DNA of 64,000 nt. It comes from Acidimicrobiaceae bacterium (GTDB taxonomy: Bacteria; Actinomycetota; Acidimicrobiia; Acidimicrobiales; RAAP-2). The notes beneath the pieces are model-generated. The model saw nothing but the letters and a program-made list of their open reading frames with translations. It searched no databases and was not told where the DNA came from. Shown piece by piece: positions 10,668 through 20,136 of the stretch; the first letter of the stretch is position 1, and every line of letters begins with the position of its first letter. Position numbers and translations under genes: made by a program. Location: positions 158,805 through 222,804 of the forward strand of contig PNAH01000004.1 of the NCBI GenBank assembly GCA_003170315.1, in the 5' to 3' direction.

Positions 10668-11375
10668 ATGAACCGAGACGAACAACAGACGCTGCTGTTG
10701 AAGGGAACGATTGAAGTAGAAGGACGCGTCGTCGCGTCCTCCAACCAAGCTCTGCTGGTCACGGTGTCGCTCGACGGCGTCGAAGGACGGGCCTGTTACA
10801 AGGCCGAGGCCGGCGAGCGGCCACTGTGGGACTTCCCCGACGGCCTCTGGCGCCGTGAGGTCGCGGCCTACGAACTGGACGTCGCGCTCGAATCCAACCT
10901 GGTGCCGACGACGGTCGGTCGTGAGGACGGTCCCTTCGGCATCGGATCACTCCAGTGGTGGGTCGACGACAACGAAGAGGACCACTACTTCACGCTGCGC
11001 GACCATCCCGAGTTCCACGAGTGGTTCGCCGAACTCGCGGCCTTCGACGTCGTCGCCAACAACGCCGACCGCAAGGCCGGCCACGTGATCTTCGACGGGG
11101 ATCGCTGTTGGGCGATCGATAACGGACTGTGCTTCCACGAACAGGACAAACTGCGCACCGTCATCTGGGAGTACGCCGGGCTCGACGTAAGCGCGCACCT
11201 GCTCGAACGCGTGGACCGCTTCGCCAAGGGCGATACCGGTCACGTCGGCGACTGGCTCAATCCCATCGAATTGGCGCTCGCCCAGATGCGCGCACACGGA
11301 CTGGTCGAGAACGCCACGTACCCGATTCCCGACGGCGACTCGGACTGGCCGCCGTACCCGTGGCCGCTCATCTAG
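10668..11375 (+). CDS. SCO1664/Rv2133c-family protein, PI3/PI4-kinase-like
   Basis: NNADRKAGHV (catalytic-loop-like) and AIDNGLCF (DxG-like) motifs. ATG 10668 lies 4 nt after the DUF3090 stop. Confidence 0.75.
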   Translation: MNRDEQQTLLLKGTIEVEGRVVASSNQALLVTVSLDGVEGRACYKAEAGERPLWDFPDGLWRREVAAYELDVALESNLVPTTVGREDGPFGIGSLQWWVDDNEEDHYFTLRDHPEFHEWFAELAAFDVVANNADRKAGHVIFDGDRCWAIDNGLCFHEQDKLRTVIWEYAGLDVSAHLLERVDRFAKGDTGHVGDWLNPIELALAQMRAHGLVENATYPIPDGDSDWPPYPWPLI

Positions 11376-11413
11376 CAATTGATCCAACGAACGCGGCTAC
11401 GCAACTCTTCGGA

Positions 11414-11425
11414 GTGAATATTCAC
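11414..11425. promoter_or_regulatory. Perfect 12-bp palindrome GTGAATATTCAC in an AT-rich intergenic region (candidate operator; regulator unknown)
   Basis: Read directly; the sequence equals its own reverse complement. It lies 40 nt after the SCO1664-family stop and 500 nt upstream of livH. Confidence 0.3.
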
Positions 11426-11770
11426 AAACGACACACGTCGCATTCCATCGATGTGTCTCACATTCAATTGAAAATTCGTCGCGACATCGGTTGACCATTC
11501 ATCAACGAATCGAGACATCCGATCTGTGCGGGCAAACGTTCGTTGTCATCACCATTACGCAAGGCGTACATGTTCAGGTCGCCTCTGTGATCGTCGACAG
11601 GTCGGTAGCGGCTGAACGTGGCGACTACGCGCGAAATGCGAAACTCCGCGAACTCCGCATCGATTGGTCGCAGTGATAAATCGAGGCCACTCAATCGTCA
11701 CTCGAGGAGCGACTTTTGTCTTCGGTCGGGGGAGAATTCGTCGGTCTCGACGAGGTCGGTTGGAGAAATC

Positions 11771-11806
11771 GGCCGTCGAGTCGTCGTACCAACGAGTAAG
11801 ACGGCC
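11771..11806 (+). other. Hairpin GGCCGTC-N22-GACGGCC followed by a T-rich stretch, in the leader of the liv-type operon
   Basis: 7-bp GC-rich stem read directly, followed by CTTTCATCAGGACTTTTAACTTTATT. Could be a terminator or attenuator element. Weak. Confidence 0.25.
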
Positions 11807-11924
11807 CTTTCATCAGGACTTTTAACTTTATTCGCACTGATATTGACGGCGCACGGCGATTCTGATAGGAACTATCAAGTTCAAACCAAGGTTGACGAAG
11901 TGAGAACTACGGAGGGGGGAAGCG

Positions 11925-12803
11925 GTGCAGCTGTTCTGGCTGTCGTTCGGTTTCGGTTTAGTCACAGCGTCGGTTCTGGCCATTTCGGCGGTGGGACTGA
12001 GTTTGCAATTTGGCATCACCAACTACATTAATTTCGCCTACGGCGACTTCATGGCGCTCGGTGCGTACATCACATACGTCTTGAACAACGAAGTGCTCCA
12101 CTGGAACATTTGGGTTGCGTTGGTGTGCGGGTCACTAGCGGTGGGCGTCATCGCCGTCATCTTGAGTCAGTTGATCCTGAGCCCATTTGCTCGCCGTTTT
12201 GATAAGACGTTCTACGTCCTCATCGTGACTTTTGGACTCTCACTAATTTTGCTCAACGTCATGTATTCCATTTGGGGCGCGTCAGTTCGTTTCTACAACG
12301 TGCCGATCAACCGCGCCCTCCATATCGGTCCGATGTTGTTGACCGCGTATCAGTTGATCGTCATGGTGATTGCCGTCGTGCTCATGATCGGCGTTGCCGT
12401 CCTGTTGAAGACGACTCGACTGGGCAAGTCGATGCGAGCGATGTCCGACAACACCACGTTGGCGATGACCAGTGGCATCAACACCAAGATGATCACGACC
12501 ATCACCTGGTTCATTTCCGGTTCGCTGGCGGGTCTGGCGGGCTCGGTACTAGGACTGACCGAAGGGAACCTAACGCCCGCAGCGGGGGAACTCTTCCTCT
12601 TTGTCATCTTCGCCGCGGTCATCGTGGGCGGCGTCGGCAGCATCTACGGCGCGATGGCCGGAGCGGTACTCATCGGCCTCGCCACTGAAGTCTCCGCGGC
12701 CTTCATTAACCCGGCGTACAAGTTGGACATTGCGTTCTTGATTTTGATTCTGACCTTGTTGTTTCGTCCCAGCGGACTTTTCGCGCGATCCGGAAAAGGC
12801 TAA
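11925..12803 (+). CDS. livH: Branched-chain-amino-acid-type ABC transporter permease (LivH family)
   Basis: 292-aa polytopic membrane protein with LivH-like architecture. GTG 11925 is preceded by GGAGGGGGGA. Confidence 0.85.
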   Translation: MQLFWLSFGFGLVTASVLAISAVGLSLQFGITNYINFAYGDFMALGAYITYVLNNEVLHWNIWVALVCGSLAVGVIAVILSQLILSPFARRFDKTFYVLIVTFGLSLILLNVMYSIWGASVRFYNVPINRALHIGPMLLTAYQLIVMVIAVVLMIGVAVLLKTTRLGKSMRAMSDNTTLAMTSGINTKMITTITWFISGSLAGLAGSVLGLTEGNLTPAAGELFLFVIFAAVIVGGVGSIYGAMAGAVLIGLATEVSAAFINPAYKLDIAFLILILTLLFRPSGLFARSGKG

Positions 12804-12806
12804 AGA

Positions 12807-13853
12807 ATGACCGCCGTTTGGTACTACGTCTTCACCCTCGTGTTCTTTCTCTTCGACTACTTCATATTGGCGATGGGTCTCAATATTCAATACGGCGAAA
12901 CGGGAATCTTGAATTTTGCGTACTTCGCTTTCGTCGCGGTCGGCGCGTACGTCACCGGGGCCGTAAGTCTGCCCAACTCCGTCGGGACCGGCCAGCACTA
13001 CATCTTCGGTTGGGGCATTCCTTTTCCTTTCAATCTGCTCATGGGCGGTATCGCGACCAGTCTCTTGGCCGTCGTATTGGCCTTTATCACGCTTCGACGT
13101 CTCCGCACCGACTACCTGGCGATGGTGCTGATTTCGTCGTCGCTCATCCTCTACGACATTTGCAACAACTTCGTGCCGCTCTTCAACGGAGCCGACGGAC
13201 TCTACAACGTGCCGCCGCCGTTTGCGAGCGTGTTGAAACTGACAACCAACTCCTTCATTCCGTTTTTCGCAGCGGTGACCGGCGTAATCGCGCTCATCAT
13301 GTGGTTCGTCATGAGTCGCATTACTCGCTCCCCGCTGGGCCGAACATTTCGAGCGATTCGCGATGACGATACCGTGGCCGCCGCGCTGGGCAAGAACGTC
13401 TTTCGAGGACAACTGAAGTCAATGATCATCGGATCGTTCTACGCGGGCATCGGTGGCGGTCTCATCATCCAATTCTCCGGATCCCTCAACCCCACGGCGT
13501 GGTTGCCGGGAGAGACGTTCGTCGTTTTCGCCGTGATCATCGTGGGTGGCGTAGGTAATAACGTTGGCCTTCTCGTCGGCTCGTTGCTCGTCGAGACTTT
13601 GCTCGTACACCTCACCGCGTTCCTGCCGGCCATTCCCGGCCACCCCGGTCTCATTGAGTACATCGACGCAATGTTGATTGGCGTGTTCTTGATGGTGATG
13701 CTGTGGTTCCGTCCTCAAGGAGTCTGGCCCGAACGACCGCGCCTGAGCGCGACGATGGTGCGCCTTTTGGGCAAGCGAGGTCCCAGCGTCGACGAAGCGC
13801 GTGTCGAAGCTGATGTCTCAGACGCTGCGCTCAACGACGGGAGCCGCGGATGA
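12807..13853 (+). CDS. livM: Branched-chain-amino-acid-type ABC transporter permease (LivM family)
   Basis: 348-aa polytopic membrane protein immediately after livH. LivM-like GYAGQISLGHA-equivalent region (GETGILNFAYFAF). Confidence 0.8.
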   Translation: MTAVWYYVFTLVFFLFDYFILAMGLNIQYGETGILNFAYFAFVAVGAYVTGAVSLPNSVGTGQHYIFGWGIPFPFNLLMGGIATSLLAVVLAFITLRRLRTDYLAMVLISSSLILYDICNNFVPLFNGADGLYNVPPPFASVLKLTTNSFIPFFAAVTGVIALIMWFVMSRITRSPLGRTFRAIRDDDTVAAALGKNVFRGQLKSMIIGSFYAGIGGGLIIQFSGSLNPTAWLPGETFVVFAVIIVGGVGNNVGLLVGSLLVETLLVHLTAFLPAIPGHPGLIEYIDAMLIGVFLMVMLWFRPQGVWPERPRLSATMVRLLGKRGPSVDEARVEADVSDAALNDGSRG

Positions 13854-14692
13854 GCGACGTCACCCCGACGGACCCGACGAGCGAGCCGACGATCGCTACA
13901 ACTTCGACGACGACCTCGGCGCTGCGCTGCGAAGGACTCACCAAGGCGTTCCAAGGCGTGCACGCGGTGAACGGCGCCACCTTTGACGTGCCGCAAGGTC
14001 AGATCACCGCGTTGATTGGACCCAACGGCGCGGGTAAGACCACCGTCGTCAACATCTTGTCCGGATCGATGAAGTGCGACAGTGGCACCGAATATCTTGG
14101 CGAGGACGAAGTCACCAATATGGAGAGCTTCGAGATCGCTCGCCTCGGCCTCATGCGCACATTCCAACTCTCGCGTGAGTTGGGCGGATTGACCGTACTC
14201 GAGAATCTTTTGGTCGCGCCCAAACTGCAACCCGGCGAATCACTGTTCAACGTGTTCTTCCGACCGGGCACAGTACGACGCGCCGAGCAAGTAAATGTTG
14301 AGCGGGCCCTGGAAATACTCGGCACGTACGGCTTGTACGCGGTGCGCGATGATCGAGCGCGCGAACTGTCCGGTGGACAGAAAAAGCTCCTCGAAATCGC
14401 GCGCGCCGTGATGGCCTCGCCTCGAATCCTGCTGCTCGACGAGCCGATGGCCGGCGTCAACCCGGCGCTCATCGAACGTATCGGGGGTTACATCCTCGCA
14501 CTCAAGGCACAGGGCGTGACGGTGCTTATGGTGGAGCACAATCTGAACGTCGTCGAGAAGATCTGTGACCATGTGATCGTGCTCGCCGAAGGCCGTACCC
14601 TCGCGACCGGCCGGCTGTCAGAACTGCGCGCGAACAAAGAAGTGGTCCGCGCCTACCTAGGGGAGGTGATCGATGCCCGCCCTCCAAGCTGA
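13850..14692 (+). CDS. livG: ABC transporter ATP-binding protein (LivG family)
   Basis: Walker A GPNGAGKTT, signature LSGGQKKLLEIAR, Walker B ILLLDEP. ATGA overlap with livM. Confidence 0.9.
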   Translation: MSDVTPTDPTSEPTIATTSTTTSALRCEGLTKAFQGVHAVNGATFDVPQGQITALIGPNGAGKTTVVNILSGSMKCDSGTEYLGEDEVTNMESFEIARLGLMRTFQLSRELGGLTVLENLLVAPKLQPGESLFNVFFRPGTVRRAEQVNVERALEILGTYGLYAVRDDRARELSGGQKKLLEIARAVMASPRILLLDEPMAGVNPALIERIGGYILALKAQGVTVLMVEHNLNVVEKICDHVIVLAEGRTLATGRLSELRANKEVVRAYLGEVIDARPPS

Positions 14693-15392
14693 GAACGTGA
14701 CGGCCGGCTATGGCCGGACGCCAATCATCACGGGCATCTCCCTCACCGCCGAAGTGGGATCGATAACGACGATCGTCGGTCCCAACGGCGCCGGGAAGTC
14801 CACTTTCGCCAAGACACTGGTCGGCATCTTGCGCACCACCACCGGGCGGATCTTGGTCGATGACGTGGACATCACGAAGATGGCCGGACACCTCATTCCT
14901 CGCAATGGCCTGGTCTACGTGCCCCAGAACGACAACGTCTTTCGAAACTTGACCGTGCGCGAGAACCTCGAAGTCGGAGGTTTCGCCGTGAAGGGTGACA
15001 ACAGCGCTCGCATGGAAGAGATCCTTACGATCTTCACGGATCTTGCGGTCGCTCGCGAGAAGAAGGCCGGCTACTTATCGGGCGGACAGCAGAACCTGCT
15101 CGCGATCGCCCGCGCCTTGATGGTTGATCCCAAAGTTATAGTGCTCGACGAACCTACCGCGGGACTCTCGCCCGCCTATACCGATGTCGTGTGGAATCAA
15201 ATTGAGTTGATCTCGGCGACTCAAACCGCCGTGTTAGTGGTCGAACAAAACGTCGAGCGGGCGCTCAAGCAGTCGGACTTCGTCCACATTTTCGTGGCCG
15301 GGTCCAATCATGTTCACGGTCCAGCGTCCGAAATCGCCACGCTGGATTTGGCGTCGATCTTCTTAGGTCGCGCCGACGCAAAAGGGTCGTAA
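14673..15392 (+). CDS. livF: ABC transporter ATP-binding protein (LivF family)
   Basis: Walker A GPNGAGKST, signature LSGGQQNLLAIAR, Walker B VIVLDEP. 20-nt overlap with livG. Confidence 0.9.
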   Translation: MPALQAENVTAGYGRTPIITGISLTAEVGSITTIVGPNGAGKSTFAKTLVGILRTTTGRILVDDVDITKMAGHLIPRNGLVYVPQNDNVFRNLTVRENLEVGGFAVKGDNSARMEEILTIFTDLAVAREKKAGYLSGGQQNLLAIARALMVDPKVIVLDEPTAGLSPAYTDVVWNQIELISATQTAVLVVEQNVERALKQSDFVHIFVAGSNHVHGPASEIATLDLASIFLGRADAKGS

Positions 15393-15443
15393 AGGCGGGA
15401 AGGTCCCGCTGGTACGAATGACAAAGCTAAGGGGAAGTCCGAA

Positions 15444-16733
15444 ATGAACATAATTAGACGGTTACCGCTTCATCGTCGTGGCGCCGCGTTCACACTCGCG
15501 TTCGTCACGTTGGTGTCTATGGCGGGCGTGGGGATCAGCAGCGACGGCGCCGTTGCGGCCGCCAAGCTGAAGCCACTGGTGGTTGGCGGCATGTTCCCGT
15601 TCACGGGTACGAAGTCGCTGCTCTCACAGTGGGGGACGCACGGCGTCAAGGTAGGGATCTACGAGGTGAACCAAGCGGGCGGTGTGCTCAATCACAAGTT
15701 CGTGAGTGCGTACGTCGATGACGCGGCCGACTCGGTCGATGCGTTGCCGGCGTTTCGCAAGCTGGAACTCAGTCACCCCACGGTGATCATCGGCCCGTTC
15801 TCGCCAACCATTGAGGCGGTCATCAACCAGTTCAAGCCGAACGACGTGGTGGACTTCATGGTGGGTGGACTCACCACCCTGGACAACATGAACTACACCA
15901 ACGTGTTCCGTACGTCGTCGTCGGACTCCAACGAGGCCATTGCGATGGCGTTCTACGCGATAAGCAAGGGATATATGACCGCGTCATTGATCTTCGACAA
16001 TTCGTCCAACTCACAAGGCTTCATCGCGCCTCTCGAGGCGGCCTACAAGGCCTTGGGCGGCACGATCCAACAGAACATTACGTTGACCCCGGGCCAGTCG
16101 TCCTACAGCACCGAGTTGACGCAGGCCTTCGCCGCCAAACCTCAGGTCATCTTCGACTCGATGGACTCCCAGACGGCAGCGACGCTGTTCTCTGATGGCC
16201 AGCAGTTGGGGTACATGAACATTCCTTGGATTGGTGACGACCTCCAATCGGCACCGAAGGGTTCGTACGCGCAGGCCTTCGGCCCGACCGCGGCGACGGA
16301 GTTGACGGCCGCGCTGCCAGCCTCGCCCTCTACGGCCGACAACGCGTATAACCACTTCCTGTCGGACTATCAGTCGGTGTGGCGCACCACGACGATTCTG
16401 CCCACGACGTTCAACGAATACGACTCCATCGTGATCGCTGCGCTGGCGATGACGCTCGCAAAGTCGACCGACCCGAAGGTCTGGGTGAAGGACATCATCA
16501 AGGTGTCGAACCCGCCGGGCACGGTCTGTGGCACGTACAAGACATGTCTCGCGTTGATCAAGAAACACAAGAAGATCAACTACGACGGGGCGGCTGGTAA
16601 CGACGACTTCAACAAGTTCCACAACGTCTTCAGTGGCTTTGAAATGCTGGGCTTCGATTCGTCGCTCAACAACGTCACGCGTGCCATCGTCACTCCGGCA
16701 AATCTCGCGACGGTGGTCGCGAAGGAGTCCTAG
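15444..16733 (+). CDS. ABC transporter substrate-binding protein (type I periplasmic binding fold, LivJ/LivK-like)
   Basis: N-terminal signal-like segment (RRGAAFTLAFVTLVSMAGVGISS) followed by a 400-aa soluble domain. Sits last in the transporter operon. Confidence 0.75.
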   Translation: MNIIRRLPLHRRGAAFTLAFVTLVSMAGVGISSDGAVAAAKLKPLVVGGMFPFTGTKSLLSQWGTHGVKVGIYEVNQAGGVLNHKFVSAYVDDAADSVDALPAFRKLELSHPTVIIGPFSPTIEAVINQFKPNDVVDFMVGGLTTLDNMNYTNVFRTSSSDSNEAIAMAFYAISKGYMTASLIFDNSSNSQGFIAPLEAAYKALGGTIQQNITLTPGQSSYSTELTQAFAAKPQVIFDSMDSQTAATLFSDGQQLGYMNIPWIGDDLQSAPKGSYAQAFGPTAATELTAALPASPSTADNAYNHFLSDYQSVWRTTTILPTTFNEYDSIVIAALAMTLAKSTDPKVWVKDIIKVSNPPGTVCGTYKTCLALIKKHKKINYDGAAGNDDFNKFHNVFSGFEMLGFDSSLNNVTRAIVTPANLATVVAKES

Positions 16734-16764
16734 GAGTCGCGGTCGTAACTAATCAACCCCCTAT

Positions 16765-16805
16765 CCTGGCGCGGCGGTCGTGTCCCAACCACCCGCCGCG
16801 CCAGG
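16765..16805 (+). terminator. Perfect 13-bp GC-rich hairpin (CCTGGCGCGGCGG / CCGCCGCGCCAGG, 15-nt loop) after the binding-protein gene
   Basis: Read directly. There is no U-tract, as is common for actinobacterial terminators. It sits in the 167-nt gap before the CoA-transferase gene. Confidence 0.4.
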
Positions 16806-16900
16806 GCAGCTCCTCACCCGATACTGCGCGAGGAACAGGGGAAACGAAGGTAATCGTTCGCCGATAACGGCGGACTCGACGTAGCGAGGATAGAGAAACT

Positions 16901-18103
16901 GTGTCAGGACTGCTCACCGGCATCCGCGTACTCGACGTCACCACCGTCTTGGCCGGGCCCTTCGCGTCGTATCAGCTGAGCATGCTGGGCGCCGAGGTCA
17001 TCAAGGTGGAGATCCCCGACACGGGGGATTTGGCCCGCGAGATGGGTGAGGACGCGCAACTCGCGGCCCAGTCAATGGGAGCCCCGTTTCTGGCCCAAAA
17101 CGCGGGGAAACGCTCGATCACGGCGAACCTCAAGTGCGAAGGCGGTCGCCGGGTCTTCGCCCGACTGGTCGAGCAGAGCGACGTCGTCGTCGAGAACATG
17201 CGTCCGGGCGTGATGGATCGACTCGGCTTTTCCGCCGAAGCGCTGCGGGCGCTCAATCCTCGACTCATTTACTGCGCGGTCTCCGGCTTCGGTCAGACCG
17301 GACCGTTGGCGGAGCGACCGGCCTACGACCAAATCATTCAGGGCCTTTCAGGTATGTGTGACGTGACCGGGTGGCCCTCCGACGATCCGTTGCGCGTGGG
17401 CTTTCCAATTAGCGACACGCTCGGTGGCTTCGTGGCGGCCCTGGCGGTCAGCGCTGCACTGGTGCGCCGCGAACGCGAAGGCGTGGGCTGTGACCTCGAC
17501 GTCTCGATGCTCGAATCGGCGATCACTGCGATGGGCTGGGTCACGTCGGAACATCTGATCTCGGGCCGCGAAGCAACTCGTCACGGCAACAACAACGCCG
17601 CCTCGTCACCGTCGGGAACCTTTCATACCGGCGACGGCCTCTTGAACATCGCCGCGAACACCCAACGGCAGTTCGAAGCGGTCTGTGCCACGGTCAGCCG
17701 CGCGGACTTGGTGGTGGACGAACGTTTCTTGACCCGTGAACTGCGCAGGCGCCATCGGAACCTCTTGACGGTCGAGCTGGAACAGGCCCTAAGCGCCCAC
17801 TCAGCCCTGGAATGGGAAGAGCGACTCATCGCCGTCAACGTCCCGGTTGGACAGGTCCTCTCCCTCGCCGATGCGATTGACCAAGAACAGGTGAAGGTTC
17901 GCTCGCTCGTCCACGACGTCGAGGTAAATCTCGAAGGCCGTGAACGCGTGGCCATCCTCGGCAGTGGGATACACGTCGACGGCGCCCCGATTGCGCCGTC
18001 GTCGCCACCGCCGCGCCTGGGCCAACACACCGAGGAGATCCTGGCCGAACTGGGCTTTGACGCGGATGAAATCGCGACGCTGCGAAACGAACACGCGGTG
18101 TGA
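16901..18103 (+). CDS. Family III (CaiB/BaiF) CoA-transferase
   Basis: N-terminal GIRVLDVTTVLAGPFASYQL and 400-aa length are typical of CaiB/BaiF/Frc-type CoA-transferases. Confidence 0.85.
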   Translation: MSGLLTGIRVLDVTTVLAGPFASYQLSMLGAEVIKVEIPDTGDLAREMGEDAQLAAQSMGAPFLAQNAGKRSITANLKCEGGRRVFARLVEQSDVVVENMRPGVMDRLGFSAEALRALNPRLIYCAVSGFGQTGPLAERPAYDQIIQGLSGMCDVTGWPSDDPLRVGFPISDTLGGFVAALAVSAALVRREREGVGCDLDVSMLESAITAMGWVTSEHLISGREATRHGNNNAASSPSGTFHTGDGLLNIAANTQRQFEAVCATVSRADLVVDERFLTRELRRRHRNLLTVELEQALSAHSALEWEERLIAVNVPVGQVLSLADAIDQEQVKVRSLVHDVEVNLEGRERVAILGSGIHVDGAPIAPSSPPPRLGQHTEEILAELGFDADEIATLRNEHAV

Positions 18104-18119
18104 GGAGCGTGATTCCCTC

Positions 18120-19271
18120 GTGAATGAACGACCAAGTGTGACGCACGACTTCCCGAAAGTGGAGATCATCGAAGAAGGCATGCGCGAAGGACTACAAATC
18201 GAGGACGCGTCGATCAGCGTTGAAGAGAAGTTGAAGCTCTTGGACGCGTTGTCGCGCACCGGACTCCCTACCATCGTCGTCGGTTCCTTCGTGAGTCCGA
18301 AGTGGACACCGCAGATGGCCGACATCGACGAACTCGTCGAGCGCTTCACCCCGATGCCTGGCGTTACTTACACCGCCCTGGCCCTCAACGAGATCGGTCG
18401 AGAACGCCTGCGCCGCCACGTGCCACCGCTCGTCAGCCCCGAGCTCGTCCCTCAAACATTGGTGCACGCGTGCGACGTGTTCGTTCGCCGCAACACCAAT
18501 CGATCCCAGGCCGACGAGATCGCGGGCTGGGACGAGGTGATTGAGCGCGCGCGCAACGCCGGGGCGTCCCGGGCGGGCATCGCACTCAATGCGGCCTGGG
18601 GCTCGAATTGGTTGGGTCCTTTCGACGAAGCGACGCGCACAGGACTTCTCGAGCAACAGTACGAACGCTGGCGTGCGGCGAGTATCGCGGTGGACCGCGT
18701 GTGGCTGGGCGATCCGATGGGGTGGAACCTCCCTCTGGACGTGGCCTCGCAGCTACGACTCATTCGACGACGCTGGCCGTCTATCACGAGATTTCATCTA
18801 CACCTGCATGACGCGCGAGGCACGGCTTTGCTGTCGGCCTTTCAAGCTCTCTTGACCCTGGGGCCCGAATGCACGTTGGTCCTCGACACCTCCATTGGTG
18901 GAATGGGTGGATGCCCGTATGGCGGGCACGGCCAGATGACGCGCATGATCGCCACCGAAGACCTGGTCGATCTGCTGCACGAGAGCGGCGTCGACACGGG
19001 GGTGAATCTCGATCGCCTGATCGAGGCCGCCGCGGTCGCCGAAGAGGTCGTCGGTCACTCCCTGTGGGGACACGTGTCCAAGGCTGGCGCACGACCTCGA
19101 GGTGATCGGCTCTTCCCAATGGACTTACCCTTCATTCAGACCGAACGCCAGGCGCAACACTTTCGACTGGGGCCGAGCGTGTACGACGGGGCACCGTCGC
19201 CGTGGTCCGGGCCGATCGAGTCGCCTCATCGTGCCGCACTGTGCGAAGACCAGATAGAGTTTCGCGCGTGA
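18120..19271 (+). CDS. HMGL-like (pyruvate carboxyltransferase TIM barrel) lyase, HMG-CoA-lyase-related
   Basis: VEIIEEGMREGLQIE (equivalent to the VEVGPRDGLQ region) and the FHLHLHDARGTA metal-site HxH motif. GTG 18120. The upstream part of the track ORF overlaps the CoA-transferase and is rejected. Confidence 0.75.
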   Translation: MNERPSVTHDFPKVEIIEEGMREGLQIEDASISVEEKLKLLDALSRTGLPTIVVGSFVSPKWTPQMADIDELVERFTPMPGVTYTALALNEIGRERLRRHVPPLVSPELVPQTLVHACDVFVRRNTNRSQADEIAGWDEVIERARNAGASRAGIALNAAWGSNWLGPFDEATRTGLLEQQYERWRAASIAVDRVWLGDPMGWNLPLDVASQLRLIRRRWPSITRFHLHLHDARGTALLSAFQALLTLGPECTLVLDTSIGGMGGCPYGGHGQMTRMIATEDLVDLLHESGVDTGVNLDRLIEAAAVAEEVVGHSLWGHVSKAGARPRGDRLFPMDLPFIQTERQAQHFRLGPSVYDGAPSPWSGPIESPHRAALCEDQIEFRA

Positions 19272-19278
19272 GGCGGGC

Positions 19279-20136
19279 GTGAACCGAGTGGCAACCTCGG
19301 CCTCCGGGGCGCACGATGGCGACGCCGCTGACGAGCCATCGATCCGCGACGTCGAGTCGATCGAGGCCGATGAACGCACAGAGGTCGAGGGCGATGCCCT
19401 CGCCGGCGCGCGCTCGCTCGATCGCCCGTTCCTCATTTTGCGCGTCTTGAGGGAAAATCGTGCGCCCATGCGGCTCACGGAGATCGCCACGGCGACGAAA
19501 CTGCACCTGGCGACCACGCAGCGGCTGGTCAATCTGTTGATCAAGCACCACTACGTCGAGCGAGACGGCTTGGAGTATCGCCTCGGCATTGTCTCGCTGA
19601 TCGACGGTTTCACCTATCTCTTGACGAACAGCCTTACCCAAATCGCGGAACCGATCTTGCTGGAACTCACCGCCTCCACGAAACTGACGTCCACGCTGTC
19701 GGTGCGATACGACCTCACCCAAGTTCGCGTCCTGCGCGTGCTCTCGTCCCCACCCCCTCGCTTCCAAGCCACGATCGGTGAGCAGGTGCCGCTCACGCTC
19801 GGCGGGGCACGCGTCTTCGCCGCCGGACTCTCCCCGGAAGACCTCGATCGACTCCTCGAAGGCGTGGAGAGGATCCCGTTCCCCAGTGGTCAGGTCTTGG
19901 ATCGACGAGAGTTCGTCGAAAGTCTCGGCGCCATTCGGAGTCGCGGCTACGCCTTCGGTCAGGGTCAGGGCGAGGGCGGCAGCGTCTCGATCGCCGTGCC
20001 GGTACTCAGTCGCGACGGTGAAGTGTTGGCTGCGATCCAGGTCTCCGGGCTTATCGAAGACATTCCCGTGGACGTGGACTCGCTCGTCGCCGAACTCCAA
20101 CGAGCGAGCGCGGCGATCACCCGGCGCATTCCGTGA
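19279..20136 (+). CDS. IclR-family transcriptional regulator
   Basis: N-terminal wHTH ([12 protein letters not shown]...[24 protein letters not shown]) plus a C-terminal IclR effector domain. The exact start is uncertain (GTG 19279). Confidence 0.85.
   Translation: MNRVATSASGAHDGDAADEPSIRDVESIEADERTEVEGDALAGARSLDRPFLILRVLRENRAPMRLTEIATATKLHLATTQRLVNLLIKHHYVERDGLEYRLGIVSLIDGFTYLLTNSLTQIAEPILLELTASTKLTSTLSVRYDLTQVRVLRVLSSPPPRFQATIGEQVPLTLGGARVFAAGLSPEDLDRLLEGVERIPFPSGQVLDRREFVESLGAIRSRGYAFGQGQGEGGSVSIAVPVLSRDGEVLAAIQVSGLIEDIPVDVDSLVAELQRASAAITRRIP

Noticed and set aside
11464-11694. 76-codon minus-strand ORF in the AT-rich gap, considered as a small gene or toxin-antitoxin component
   Set aside because: No ribosome-binding site, no partner ORF and no family I can recognise. 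It is kept only as a possible decayed remnant inside the finding on 11376-11924.
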